In this document: positions 33,011 to 45,716 of the stretch, in pieces
How the letters are laid out: each line of letters starts with the position of its first letter
Numbering within the stretch: the first letter of the stretch is position 1
NCBI GenBank assembly: GCA_002269645.1
Contig: NIVC01001651.1
Span: forward strand, 186,001-250,000
DNA: 64,000 bases
Direction: 5' to 3'
DNA from: Macrostomum lignano
Taxonomy: Eukaryota
Position numbers and translations under genes: made by a program
The notes under the pieces: generated by a model
What the model saw: only the letters and a program-made list of their open reading frames with translations
What the model was told of the DNA's origin: nothing
The model's database searches: none

Positions 33011-34143
33011 TTGGATCCTTTAAAATTCTCTCTTTTCTTCTATTTCCTCTCTTTTCTCTTGTTTCTCCTCTCATCCTTTCTCTTTTTTCTTTTCTCCTCT
33101 CTCTTTCCCCTCTTCTCATATTTTCTCTTATCTCTTTTTAATTTCTTTGATCTGATATCTTCTCTCTTCTTTTCTCTCTTCTTTCCTCTCTCCTCTCTCC
33201 TCTCATCTCTTCCTTTTCTCTATTCTTTTTTCTCCTCTCTTCTCTCTTGTCTGCTCTATAATTTCTCATTTCTCTTCTTTTATTGCTTTTGATTTCTCTC
33301 TGCTTTCTTTCTACTCTCTTCTCTGTCCCTCTTCTCACTCCTCACTCTCCCCTCTCTCAACAATTCCATCTCTCTACTCTCTGCTCTCTTGTCTCGATCC
33401 TCTTTCCCTTTTACTCTTTCCTGTCTCATTTCTTCTCTTATATCTAATCTGTTCTCTTATTTTCTTTGTTTTTTTATCTTTTCTCTTTTCTCAACTTTCT
33501 CCTTAACTCTCTTTAGCTCTTTGCTCTCTGCTCTCACATATTTCTCTTCTTTCTCCTTTTTCGTCTCTATAACCTCTTCTTTAGCTCTTCTCTCCCATCT
33601 GTCGTCTTTTCACTCTTGTCTCTGCCCTCTCATCTCCCCCCTCTCTTCTGTCATCTTTACTCTCTTAAATGGTCTCAACTCTCTCTGTTCTCTTTTCTTT
33701 CCCCTCTTTTGACTCTTCTCTTTCCTTTCTCTTCTTCTTTACCATCTATACTTTCCCTCTCTTCTCTCCTCTCTTCTCTCTCCACTCTCCTCTTCCTTCA
33801 TCTCTCATCTCTCTGTTCATCTCTCTCATCTCTAAAACCTTCTCTCTTCTCTCTTCCCTTTACTCTCTTAATCTCTCCTTTCTCCTCTTTAATCTCTTCT
33901 CTCTGCTCTCTTGTCTTTCCTTTCTTCTCTTTTCTCTCTAATTTACCCTTACTCCTTTCTCATCTCCTCTCTGCTATCCAGTCTCTACTCTCTTCTCTCT
34001 CCCTCTCTCTCTCTCTCTCCCTCTCTCTCTCTTTACCCTCTCTTTCCTCATCCCTCGTCTTTCCTCTTTTCTCTTATCCCTCTCATCTCTCCGGCTCTCC
34101 TCTCTATTTTAATCGTCTATTCCTTCTCCTTTTTATCCTTTGA
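33011..34143. repeat. CT-rich polypyrimidine tract
   Basis: Starts TTGGATCCTTTAAAATTCTC and ends TTTAATCGTCTATTCCTTCTCC, resembling the head and tail of the 1855-3200 tract. Confidence 0.85.
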
Positions 34144-34411
34144 TCCCAGTGGTACAACAGATTTAATTTTAACTGGGCCGTTTTCCCCTTAGAAGCCAAA
34201 TATAATTAACATACTTTTTTACCATCATAGGCTCCACTCTGCCCATGTTGTTGCCATGTTTACACAGCAAATTCCAACAAATCATTGCAGCATTTTATTA
34301 CTAGCTATCTGCCAGCGTGATGAGCTCCCAGTCTGAAATTGGTGCTGGCGAAGTAGGTAAGCTTTGAAACTAGACTTTTGTTGATTTCAATTTGATGATT
34401 TTTGTTGCTTT

Positions 34412-34700
34412 TAGCCTAGTGGTTAGAGTGTCGGACTCAAATTTAGGTTGGGTGTTCGATTCTAGAGTCCATTGGTACAATTTGTATCTATTTAGCTCTG
34501 AACATTTGACTCAGGTCCAGTGATTTGACCAGTTGTAATACATGTATGAGTACCAGCATTAGCTAGATATTGAGGGTGGGAGTGGCGCCTCTCCCTCAGT
34601 CATGGACTGAAAAGCCATACGCAGCTTTGAGATGCGCCGCGCAATAGCTGCAGCTGTGCTGATGGCTACGAGTACACAGCTGACCTGATTAGGCCACGTG
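34412..34700 (+). mobile_element. tRNA-derived SINE, degenerate copy
   Basis: A-box-like TAGCCTAGTGGTTAGAG and B-box-like GTTCGATTC. The tail ATGCGCCG.GCAATAGCTGC.GCTGTGCT is shared with the copy at 36563. Confidence 0.55.
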
Positions 34701-34989
34701 CATTCAAGAAAATAAATACAGGATTGGAAAGGTCCGAATGTTGACTACCCTTAGCATTGAGAAAAAAATATCAGTCTAATCCTTGAATCAATACAATCAA
34801 TACAATAAAAATGGTTAAGGCATTCAATCACTAGAGCGGTACAGTACAAACATACCAACAAACTTATCTTGGACGCTTAGTATAGGGTGATGATGATAAA
34901 CAGTTTAGGCGATGTTGATTATTTCATTTGAGTTTCTGACTTAAAACTGTTGTCGCTTTTTAATTATTCGGCTGCATATTTTAGTCGGC

Positions 34990-35192
34990 GACAACACCGA
35001 AATTCGCGAACTGCGCACCGAACTGCGCGAAATGCTCACTGATATGCGCGCCGAAATGCGCGCATCAAGCGCCGAACTGCGCGCCGAAATGCGCGCGTCC
35101 AGCGCCGAACTGCGCGAAATGCTCACTGATATGCGCGCCGAAATGCGCGCGTCAAGCGCTGAACTGCGCGCCGAAATTCGCGAACTGCGCGT
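34990..35192 (+). repeat. GC-rich nested tandem repeat (would encode a coiled-coil-like MRAEMRASSAELR repeat)
   Basis: Repeated GCCGAACTGCGCG / GAAATGCGCGC units in an otherwise AT-rich region. Confidence 0.75.
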
Positions 35193-35299
35193 GAGTATTG
35201 CAAACTTTTTAATATTGCGACTGATAAGTCTTGCTTCGAGGCTGTTTAATGAATTGTTGAATTAGGAATTTGTGGAACATTTAGTTTACAGTTAGCATT

Positions 35300-35900
35300 A
35301 TAATTCCAGCTGAAGACTCTGGAAAAACCTGTGCGTTGGGATGTGTGCTCACTCTGCCTGATCAGAATTAGGAAAGCTGCCCCTCCTTTACAATATTCAA
35401 TAGAGGAGTATTTAGTACTGGGCCTCCCTTGCAAATCGTGGTGATTCAATCGTCTCCAAATTGACATATTTTCCACTTATTTTCCACTTAATCCACTTAT
35501 AGGGAAGTAGGCTTAATGGCGAAAATGAACAGCGAAGTGATGAAATACTGTAACGACGCAAGCATTTCAAAGGCAATACGAGCGTATGGGATATAGGACA
35601 AACTTTGTGCCAGAATATGAGAGACACTGGAGACAGAAAGTGGAAAACTCTAAGAAACTGAAACATTTGTACTACAGCTTTAAAAGATATCACTCACCAG
35701 AAAGATTCCTTGCGGAAATCACGGACTCCGAGCTTCGAAAAACCTTGTCAATCTTCAGACTGGGAAGCCACAAACTAGCTTGCGAGACATTAAGAGCTGC
35801 AAGACCTAAAGTCTCATTTGAAGACAGGATTTGCTCTAAGTGCAGAACTGAAGTAGAAAACGACACTCTTTCTTTTTAAATGCAGCTTGGCAATTTTATA
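35300..35900 (+). mobile_element. 3' fragment of non-LTR retrotransposon ORF2 (CR1/L2-group-like C-terminus)
   Basis: KKLKHLYYSFK...ERFL...LRKTLSIFRLGSHKLACET...EDRICSKC..EVEND matches the post-RT region and CCHC knuckle of these LINEs. Confidence 0.7.
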
Positions 35901-36562
35901 TTCCCATTCGAAATAGTTTCATTAGAGAAATCTCAAATATGGTCTTTCACCCGAGGACAAAGCACTGCCTAATGGTGCAAGACAATGGAGAGATAACAGA
36001 AACACTCGCAAAGTATATCATAGAAATGTCACAAAGCTATTCATATCGCTCCTACTCCACTGCCCACAGGTAGCAATCGAAAGCCTGAAAGGCCCGTTAT
36101 TGGCGGTGAGTTTCATTGCTGCTGATTGGGACAATGGGACAATGCGGTGCCTTTCAAAATGTTTCACGTTTTCAGTAATTAATCACCTCACCTGGTGTCA
36201 TTGCACCAGTAAATTTAGTCAGCCAAATGCAACTTGTGACGGAGATTCTGTCCCGGGTGTTGCTTTTCAGGATTCTACTCCGTCGAGCTCTCCGGTTAGT
36301 CTTGCAGCTATGGTAGAATGTTTTAGGCGCGAATGTTTTTGGTGCTAGCATTGTCTGCGATATTTTACTGCCTTTCGCTGAATAACCAGCGATTTTAAGT
36401 TTTCACTGTTCTAAGACAAGTATTTTAAAAATATCTTTTAAATTCCATGCCCTCGCAAATCGGGCTGTTTTTACTGCTAAATAAAGTCTAATGTCATTGG
36501 ATATCCGTAATTTCATGCGGCATCACACTTGCAAGCCGCGTAAACCGCTTAAATAGTCTACA

Positions 36563-36830
36563 GGACTCACGACTTGAAGGTCGGGGGTTCGATTCCTGAC
36601 TCTTGTTTCAATTTGTGTCCTTTAGCAAGACACTTAACTCTGCATTCCTTCAGTTCACCCAGCTGTTAAATGGGTGCCAGCGTCAGCTGATGTAATTGAC
36701 GTTGGGCCTGGCGTCGCTCCAGTCTGTGGACTGAACAGCCGTAAGCAGTCTTCAGATGCGCCGGGCAATAGCTGCGGCTGTGCTATCGGCTGCACTTCTG
36801 GCCTGATTGAGGCAGATGAAATAAATAGTT
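36563..36830 (+). mobile_element. tRNA-derived SINE, 5'-truncated copy with conserved central domain
   Basis: GGTTCGATTCC B-box followed by TGTGTCCTTTAGCAAGACACTTAACT...CACCCAGCTGTTAAATGGG, a central-domain signature of many animal SINEs (the subtype cannot be resolved by eye). Confidence 0.6.
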
Positions 36831-37479
36831 TCTTATTAGACCAAATAAATAACTTTTGCTTGAGTCCAAGTCCAATACAGCTAGCCACCCACAGCTTAGT
36901 TTTGATTGTCAACTTCTATGTAGGACTTGTATGTATAGCATTCTTGGCTATCCGGAATTCCTTGGAACAAAACTGAGTAAAGTTACCACTTGGCAAACAC
37001 GGTGTGTTCTCGAGCAAGACTTGTCTTTGATCAATTTACGATAAACAAAACAAGTACGAGTAGGAAATCAAATTCAATTCAAATTGGTGCCACTTCAACC
37101 ACGAGTCGCGGCAGTTCTGGAACGGGTATCTGAGGTAGAAAGCGGAGCTAAAGGAAACCCCTAAGTGCTGAAACACTTTTGAAGTCAACGGAAATGTCTC
37201 TCAGCTAATCAATTTCTGGCTCCAAAAAGCGAGATTTTCTCTCGTTGTTAAAAAACGAAAAAGAAACTTCTCAGGTCATGGTGACGGCTCCTTTGCTGTT
37301 TTCGTCAACACTTCTAGTCAAATTGACACCCTAATAATAATTATAATTCATGATTTACACCTGCCCAATTCGGGTCAGACGTGCAGCCAACAGCACAGTC
37401 GCCGCTAATGTGTGGCGCATCTAAAGACTGCGTACAGTACGGCCGTTTAGTCCGTTGACTGACTGTAAGGGACGCGACA

Positions 37480-37595
37480 CCCCTAACCAGCACAACTGGG
37501 TGAACTAAAGCAACTCAAATTGTAGCAGCAGAGGCTAGAGTCGAACCCCAGAACTCAAGTCGTGAGTCCGTGACACTCTAACCACCAGGCTACAG
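37480..37595 (-). mobile_element. SINE head, minus strand
   Basis: TGTAGCCTGGTGGTTAGAGTGTCACGGACTCACGACTTGAG...GGTTCGACTC is homologous to the other two copies. Confidence 0.55.
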
Positions 37596-38565
37596 CCCTC
37601 TGTCTAAAATTATGAGCAGATGTAAATTTATAAATTAAAATAATCTGTTCGTATTAGTCATAAATCGATAAATTGCGGCTAGAAAGTCACGGCTTGAGTT
37701 TGCAAGTTAGTAAAAGCAATAGAAATGCTGCCATTCGGTAAGACAGTATTAAATGCAGTGAAAGTTGATCTGTACCAAAGGGTGATAAGAATGTCTATCC
37801 AATGACAGATTTTAATTGGCTGTTCGTTTGTTCTCCGCTCCAATGGCGTTTCCAAATCTACTTCATGCAACTTTGCCCTTTTGCGATGACAGGCGGTCCG
37901 TGCTCGACGCCACCGCCGCCGCCTCCGCCGCCAACAAAAATCTGCCCCCGCCGCCTAATTGGTATGCCAGGCGAGACTGGGCACAATACGTCCCAGAAGT
38001 TTTTACGCACTTAAAACATAGAGCCGCTGCTTTCTTGAAATCAATGTTTCATGACCAAATTTAGCCTGAAAGGAGTTGACATGAGAATTTAGCGCTCTGC
38101 CTCTGACATCACTTATCCCAACTCCCCAACCAGCCTTCAGAAGCCGCCGTCGTTGAAGGCAGTGGCAGCTCTGCCGAAGGCGTTGAAGAGCTGCCCGCGA
38201 TGTATAGTGACTGAAATTCGGTAATTGACAAGTACTAACAAATTTAAGCAGTTTATTTGCTTTTTACCTTGACCATGCATCATATGTATGCGGTTATAGT
38301 TGCTCATTACCGTGCCTCCTCTGCCTATTCCTGCCTTCAGCACCGCCTCCTCTGTCCTGTCCTGCTGCCTCCAGCCCCAACCCTTCCTTCTCGTTGTCCT
38401 ATCTAAGCATAAAATATAGATAAAAGTAAATGCAGATTAAAGTGCTCGAAATTCATTTTGCCTATCGGTGACCTTTCCATAGCTTCCGTAGAGTGTCCAT
38501 AGCTAATAGGCAGACCAACTGTTGCTTTATTTTGTAGGCAAAAATTAATGTCACTTTTGTCAGCT

Positions 38566-39190
38566 CAATCTTTCCCTGTCTCCAAGTGTTTCACATGCTC
38601 CTTTGCACTTTTGGCAACTCAATCTTTCCCTGTCTCCAAGTGTTTCACATGCTACTTTGCACTTTTGGCAACTCAATCTTCCCGTCTCCAAGTGTTTCAC
38701 ATGCTACTTTTCACTTTTGTCAGCTCAATCTTTCCGTCTCCAAGTGTTTCACATGCTACTTTTCACTTTTGGCAACTCAATCTTTCTCTGTCTCCAAGTG
38801 TTTCACATGCTACTTCGCACTTTTGGCAACTCAATCTTTCCCTGTCTCCAAGTGTTTCACATGCTACTTCGCACTTTTGGCAACTCAATCTTTCTCTGTC
38901 TCCAAGTGTTTCACATGCTACTTCGCACTTTTGGCAGCTCAATCTTCCCTTGTCTCCAAGTGTTTCACATGCTACTTTTCACTTTTGGCAACTCAATCTT
39001 TGCCTGTCTCCAAGTGTTTCACATGCTACTTTTCACTTTTGGCAACTCAATCTTTGCCTGTCTCCAAGTGTTTCACATGCTACTTTGCACTTTTGGCAAC
39101 TCAATCTTTCTCTGTCTCCAAGTGTTTCACATGCTACTTTGCACTTTTGGCAACTCAATCTTTCATTGTCTCCAAGTGTTTCACATGTTA
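38566..39190. repeat. 54-bp tandem satellite, ~11-12 copies
   Basis: Unit CAATCTTTCCCTGTCTCCAAGTGTTTCACATGCTACTTTGCACTTTTGGCAACT. The three overlapping ORFs are artefacts. Confidence 0.95.
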
Positions 39191-41502
39191 CTTTGAAACT
39201 CTTTAACTCCCGTTATTATTTTCAGTTGCCGGACCCGTGCCGATCTGGGCGAACGCGATTTCCTATTCGTTTCGAGATAGCAATGTATTGCCAGGGCCAA
39301 ATTTATTTATAACTAGCAGACTACTTCACTAGCACTTCCTGTGCCTAGGGATTCAAGTATTTTACGGTATCGCTTTTCTTTAAAATACTCAATGCATTTT
39401 TATAAACAACTAAAATCCTATACTTTCTATTTAATGTGTGTTGTGTAGCCAAGGCTTGAAGTTTCCAGTTGAGTTGAACAGTAAAGTGCTAGGTGCGCAC
39501 AGTGGCTTTATTTATATATTTGTTATTTAGAAAAAACTACATGATCGATATTTTAACTAAACTAGAAAAACTGCACGATCGATAAATTATAAAAGAGCTA
39601 GCTACAGATATCACGTGATTAAATTAGGTTTAAACTATACAGATAATTTATCAACTACTCTACTTAAAGTGGCAGTATAAGTAAAAGACAATAATAATAA
39701 TATAGTTAGCATTTGCGTTATAGAATAAATATTTAGTATAGGGTAGATTAGCGTAACAGTATATCAATAATAATAAGTTGGTCTGTCAGGTTACACGACA
39801 CAACAATATGTACCTCCTATGTAAGTTGCATAAAATGTTGAATTGCAATTTCAGTATACAAAGTATCAGTGCAATTTTCGCGCAAAATAAAATTGAAATT
39901 TCTGTATATTGAACTGAAAATGCTATTACAAAGTGTTATACAGTTAGAAGACTGTCTGCACATTTTATTTTGTCTAGAATTCAATACCTTACTGCTGAAA
40001 TTGCGCTGGGCAAAGCAAAATCTGCTTGATAGGGCGATTTTAATAAATTTATCAATTTTCTATGCATTGTACTTAATACGTTTGTTTTTTATTAGCAAGC
40101 TATTTCCAACGTCATCATTTATTTACTTTAAAATTTAAAATAAACGATAATTTGATGCTTGAACAACAAAACATTTTTTATTTAAAATTGCAAATTTTGT
40201 TTTGGTGCTTGTGCTCCTTTATTAAACGTTCTACACGATAAATTTTAAATGTTATAATATTTGGATTTCATACAGCAAAGAGAACTTTGTCATCAAAATT
40301 GTCTAACACAGAATTCCCATGTGTTAATTAGTTCATTCAGCTCTGAAATTGGTAGCAGTACCAGCATACGCTGGGGTACAAATTTGGATTGATGTGTGGC
40401 GGCCCTCCCCTGTCCATGGACTGAACAGTCGTCAACAGTTTTGGAAGCGCTTTCTACTAATTTGTATTACTTCTTTCGATTTTATTTTTTGCAAAGTCTA
40501 GTTCACCTTAATTCAATCGATCCCGGTTTCTCGAACAATTTTTTTACTTGATTTTTATCCCTTCTTCTTTTTCTTCCTGTCTTTCTCCTCGATCCCTCCC
40601 CTCTCCTTTGTCCCTGTCTTCCTTCTTGCCATTTTCCCCTTCGTCCTTTTCCACTTTTCTTCCTGTCATCTTTCTCCCCTTTTCTCCCAATCATCCTTCT
40701 TCTCATTTCTTCCCTTCTTCCTTCTCCATTTCACTCCCCTTTCTCTTAACTATATCCCACCTTTCCACCTTTTCCTTAATCTTTTAATTTCCCCTTACCC
40801 AACCGGAGCACCGATCGAAGGAACTCATGCAAACTAATCAGCCAACTGAGAATGAAAACCAGTGCAAATTCAACAGACCAAATTGAACAGGAAAATACGC
40901 AACAGCACTAAGCAACTGTTCCTAATATAAAGTAGAGGAATTAGACGGATCAATAAAAATATATAAGTGAAAATCAACATAGATTTTATTCTCCAATTTG
41001 TCCCACTTAACTACTACAATTCCAGGTTAAATCACTTGCCGTCCTTAACAACAAGGGCTGCTAATTAAGCTTGCCGTCCTTTGCAATTTTGAGCAGAAAA
41101 TCACGCCATTAAAATTTTACAAAACTTTTTTAAAACACAAAACAAAACTTAAAAACTTATATAAAAAATAGCAACACTTGAATATACAAGATGTAAAATT
41201 TTCTTACCAAGTTTGCTTTGATTCAGAAATTTTTAATGTAACTGTATACTACGTCATAAATAAACTTAGCGTAGTACTTAGATACTTTATTTAAAAAATT
41301 CCTTAATTTCATACTTCGATGAATCGATGTCGATCGAATTGATTGATCCTGATTGAAATAAGAAACCCCAAATTCTAAGTTTCAATCCGAATACTCAAAA
41401 GTCCAATCCCAGATCCGAAATTCCGATCCCAGATCCTACAATCAAATCCCGAATCATTAAATTCAATCCCAAATTTAAGAAATTCAGTCCCAGATGCCAA
41501 AC

Positions 41503-42860
41503 TCAGATCGTGTTGACCACCACGCCGACGCTCGCCGCAACGGCAACTAGCTTGTCCAGCTGGCGTTTAGCGCCCTCGACGGTCGAGGACAGCAGGGCGA
41601 GGTCGTCGGCGTAGCCAAGCACGCTGAGCCGCTTCTCCGGTTGACGTCGACCCACGCGTCGCCGCAGCAGAAAGCCGTCGTCGTCGGTGGTAAGAGCAGT
41701 CCGCAGCACCCAGTCAAGCACCAGGACGAACAGGAACGGCGCAGCGTATCTCGCTGAAGCACTCTGGAGGATGTCTCAAACGAGTCCGATAGGACGTCCG
41801 GTTTTGTCACAGCAGCTGTCGTATCACGGTAAATCGCCATGATGGCGGAGATCAGCTGCTCAGGCAGGTTGTACGTGCGAGCACCATTGGAAGCACGGCT
41901 CTGACAACCGAGTCGAAAGCCTTCTTGAAATCAATAAAGATTAGAATCAGGATCGACTGGCGAATCCGCGCCTCCTCGATGACTCGGCGAAGAGCCAGGA
42001 TCTGCGCCACTGTGCCGCGATGGGGCCAGAACCCGTTCTGCTCTGGGCGCAGGTACGGATCCAGCACGGGCTGCAACCGCGAAAGCAGCATCTGGTTGAA
42101 TAGCTTCGCTGCACAGGACTGAAGGCAGATGCCTCGATGGTCTTCAAGCCTAGTGGTGCCCGGCTTCTTTGGAACAGCGACGATGTGCGCCGTGGTCCAT
42201 TCGTTGGGCCTCACCGAAGAGCACGCGGTTCATCACTCTGGCGACCTCGATCAGCAGCCACAAGGGGATGCGCAGCGCCTCGATGGGCACCTCGTCCGGA
42301 CCTTGCGCTTTCCCGCCCGGTGACTGCTGGGCGAGCTTGACAACGCCGGCTGCGTTAACTGGGGCTACGCTGAAACTCTCCTCTGCCGGCAACGGCGTCT
42401 CCGGCGGCAGCGTCAGACTGTCTGGCAGCGGGGGTGGCGGCGCGTTGACGATGGCGGCGAAGAACTCGCGCAGCTCGTTCCTGCGCTCGTCCGGAGTGTC
42501 ACCAGCCAGGTTCAGCGGATTGCGCAGCTTTCGCCCCGTCAGAGCGTTGATGGCGGACCAGGCCACGCGCCCCTGGCATCGGGCCCAGCGGCAGAGACAA
42601 GCCTGAATGGCGTCATCGACAGCCGCTTGTTGGCGCTGCACTGAAGGTAGACAGCCGCCAGTGCTGGCTCTGCCTCGCGGATTGGTCGCCTGCTCAAGCG
42701 GAGCCTCTCTAGATCTTCCCTCGCTGCCTGAATCGCGGGGTCATTCTGCCAGACCGGCTGCCCACGTTGAGCCAGTTGCATCATCGGGACTGCTAGCTCC
42801 GCGGCGGTTCTGACTGCAGCGCACACTTCCGCATACTCGGCACTTCCACGCTTGTCGCCC
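41503..42860 (-). mobile_element. RTE-clade LINE reverse transcriptase fragment, frameshifted and truncated at both ends
   Basis: VPKKPG...HRGICLQS..AKLF...EQNGF, FIDFKKAFDSV and LGYADDLALL RT motifs. Confidence 0.88.
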
Positions 42861-42889
42861 AGCGCAGTGTTAAAGGCTAAAGATACTAA

Positions 42890-43080
42890 ATTCTGATCCC
42901 AGATCCTAAACTCTAGTTCCAGATCCTAAAATCCAATCCCAGATCCTAAAATCCAATCCCATAATCCTAAAGTCCAATCCCATATTCTAAAATCCAATCC
43001 CAGATCCTAAAATCCAATCCCAGATCCGAAAATCCAATTCTAGATCCAAAATCCAATCCCTAATCCTAAAATCCAATCCC
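42890..43080. repeat. ~20-bp minisatellite AAAATCCAATCCCAGATCCT
   Basis: About 9 units; related units also occur at 41385-41500 on the other side of the RT fragment. Confidence 0.85.
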
Positions 43081-45716
43081 ATGTAACACAACGACAATCC
43101 TATAATATTCTAAATCTATTATAATAATTGTTTATTCGAACAAATCCTACATACTCAATTGAATTCCTAAACAAAAATCCTATCGAAATGTAGGTTCCAG
43201 TTTTATAATTTTAATCGCATAGGTCTTAAAATTGTGAAATCTCAGATCTAATCATAACCTCCAATTTTAAGATCTTGACTTCCATTCCCATATCGTAGGC
43301 TCCAATCACAAACAGCAACTTTAGAGGATCTTTGGGCTCTAAATTTTAAATCCCAAATTTTAATTCCTCATAGTCTCAGGTACTTTTTTAAAGATCCCCA
43401 GTCTTTCAGAAAATGAGGAAAATAATGATAAAGTTTTTCGTTCAGAAAATTAGGATTCTATGTTAATTTTTTATTCTACATTTCTACGTATGTTCTGTAT
43501 CTAAAAATCACAAAAATGCATGACATAGCTCCAATATTTGGTTTTATGAATCTATATTATCATTTCTGTCACAAATCTTTGCTACACAGTCAGGTAAGAA
43601 TGATAAAATAGACTCATAAAACCAAAGAGCCGAGCCGTGGCATTTTACGTATTTCAGACACAAGGCACTTGAAAATATACGTAGAATAAAAAATTAACAT
43701 AGAATCCTAATTTTCTGAACGAAAAGCTTTATAAATATCGATAGAGCAATAAAAAAGGCACAACATATCAAAATATCAACACTGGATCTGCCTCCTATCA
43801 AAAGTTATAGCAATTTTTGTGCTGAAAAAATGAAAATTTCCTATCTCCGCAGTGTATTTTTTCGGGAAAAAGTGCCTTCAAAAATTTTCTAAGAAACGAG
43901 GTTTCCCGTCCTTCTACTTAAGTCGTCCTTGTTATGCAGTGTGTACACTCGATATCTAGCAATAGACACGTACAGTTCACTTTAAAATCTGCAAACAGGC
44001 CTTTGTGAAAGAGAAAGCACTGCACCTCCTTATACGAGTAGTGCATCATTTTATTAAAAAGTAAACCAGCTACAACGATGGAAATTTCGCATACATCGTA
44101 TTCAGAGACTGATGATGTCATCACAGAGAATGCTGAAACCTGAAACCGAGTCACTGGATTCCATTGCAGCTAAATAGGACTTTTTTCACCCATTTTTATG
44201 ATCAGCGTTGCTGACCATGCTCGGCAGGAACGGCTACTGTGCAGCATATAACCAGCAGTAAAGGCTGTTGGTCCATGGTTAGCTCTGCTGCCCATCTGGC
44301 AGCTTAAAGTTAACACTACCAGGGGGGTGAGTGAGAGGGGTCAAACGCGTTTGCCTCTCGCAGCACGGTCCCTGAGCTCGATTCCGCGGCGAGGCCCACG
44401 TACATGTACATTAATTTGAGGCGCAGCCGCGGAGAGAAGGCTTGGGGGGGGCTTTTCGTGCAATTTACGCCCATGAGGGCCAACCTCCAATTAAAGACAC
44501 CGAGAGAATGTACACTGCCTGACGATGACAAAGTCAGAGCAGATGTACACATTTGTGTGAGTGCGTGCCTGCGTACGGTATCTGTGTGCGTGTGTGCTCA
44601 ATCAGGAGTCAGTAGAATGGGCGGAGTTGCCTCCTCGCTGGCTGCCGGTCTACTGTCAACTGTTACCAAATGTGCCAGTGCTCACAGCCCTCCTGCAAAT
44701 AAGAATAATAATAAAATAAGCAACACTACACACAGAACCGTAAACTAAACATTTATTTACCCCGATATGTCCATTAACATGTACGATATAAAACAGCAGT
44801 CATGCGCCAATTTAAGATTATGCACACTTACGCCACATAAATGTGTCGAACTACAAATATCTTACATGTACATACAGCTGTAGTCGCTAAAATATCACAC
44901 ATAAAATATGTGAAAATAAAATAACACTAAAATATCACAAATCTAAATTTCCTATCTCCGTAGTGTATTTTTTCGGGAGAAAGTGTCTTCAAAAATTTTC
45001 TAAGAATAGGCATTCTATGATTCGAAAATGCCTGTCATTCAGGTACAGGTCACGGAGAGCTCTAAAAATCGATACACGTCAGTTTCAGATGGACACTTTT
45101 GTGCCTGTAAATTTCCAATCCGATTTATTCAGTAGAAAATGCTGTACGAGGACTTCAAAAATACGCTACGGAGATATAGGAGCAGAGCGAAAATGCCTGA
45201 TATTTTCCAGTCACTACGAGCTATAATGAATCATGAAAATGCTTAAAAATCGACATACATGTACGTCAGTTTCAAATGGGAAATTTTGTGCCTGTAAAGT
45301 TTCGTGGTTATCCATTAAGCCCAATAAGTCCTTAATATTTTGTTTACCATCGACTCTAAATCTGAATATCGCTCGGGAAACGAATAAATTGTCTGTGAAA
45401 GATCAGGGACGAAAATGAAAAATTCCGATTTTTCTGTATAATAATTTTTTTACCTAAATCCAACATCGGCACACACTTAGTTAAGTTTTTATAGTAAAGC
45501 ACTATTTTTTATAATTTTTTTATAAAACTTTTTAGCTTAGTAAAATTATTCCTTGAAAATGCACTAACATTGCTAAGTTTTGTTTGTATGCTTTAATAAT
45601 TGAGTTTCTCTTCTATATAAGCCGTCATACAGATACACGTAAGAAATTCTAATACTTACGTACACTACTACATACTGCTTTACTATTTTGAAGCTTACAA
45701 CAAGAAACAGTCATCC

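Noticed and set aside
34412-34470. tRNA gene (also 37520-37595)
   Set aside because: A and B boxes are present but there is no complete cloverleaf, and a shared downstream tail indicates SINE heads.
38566-39190. CRISPR-like array (also 47400-47730 and 58924-59210)
   Set aside because: The units are contiguous tandem copies with no unique spacers, in a eukaryotic context with no cas genes.
43425-43735. Small palindromic MITE-like element
   Set aside because: Inverted arms are visible (TTCGTTCAGAAAATTAGGATTCTATG and its complement), but the ends and TSD could not be fixed.
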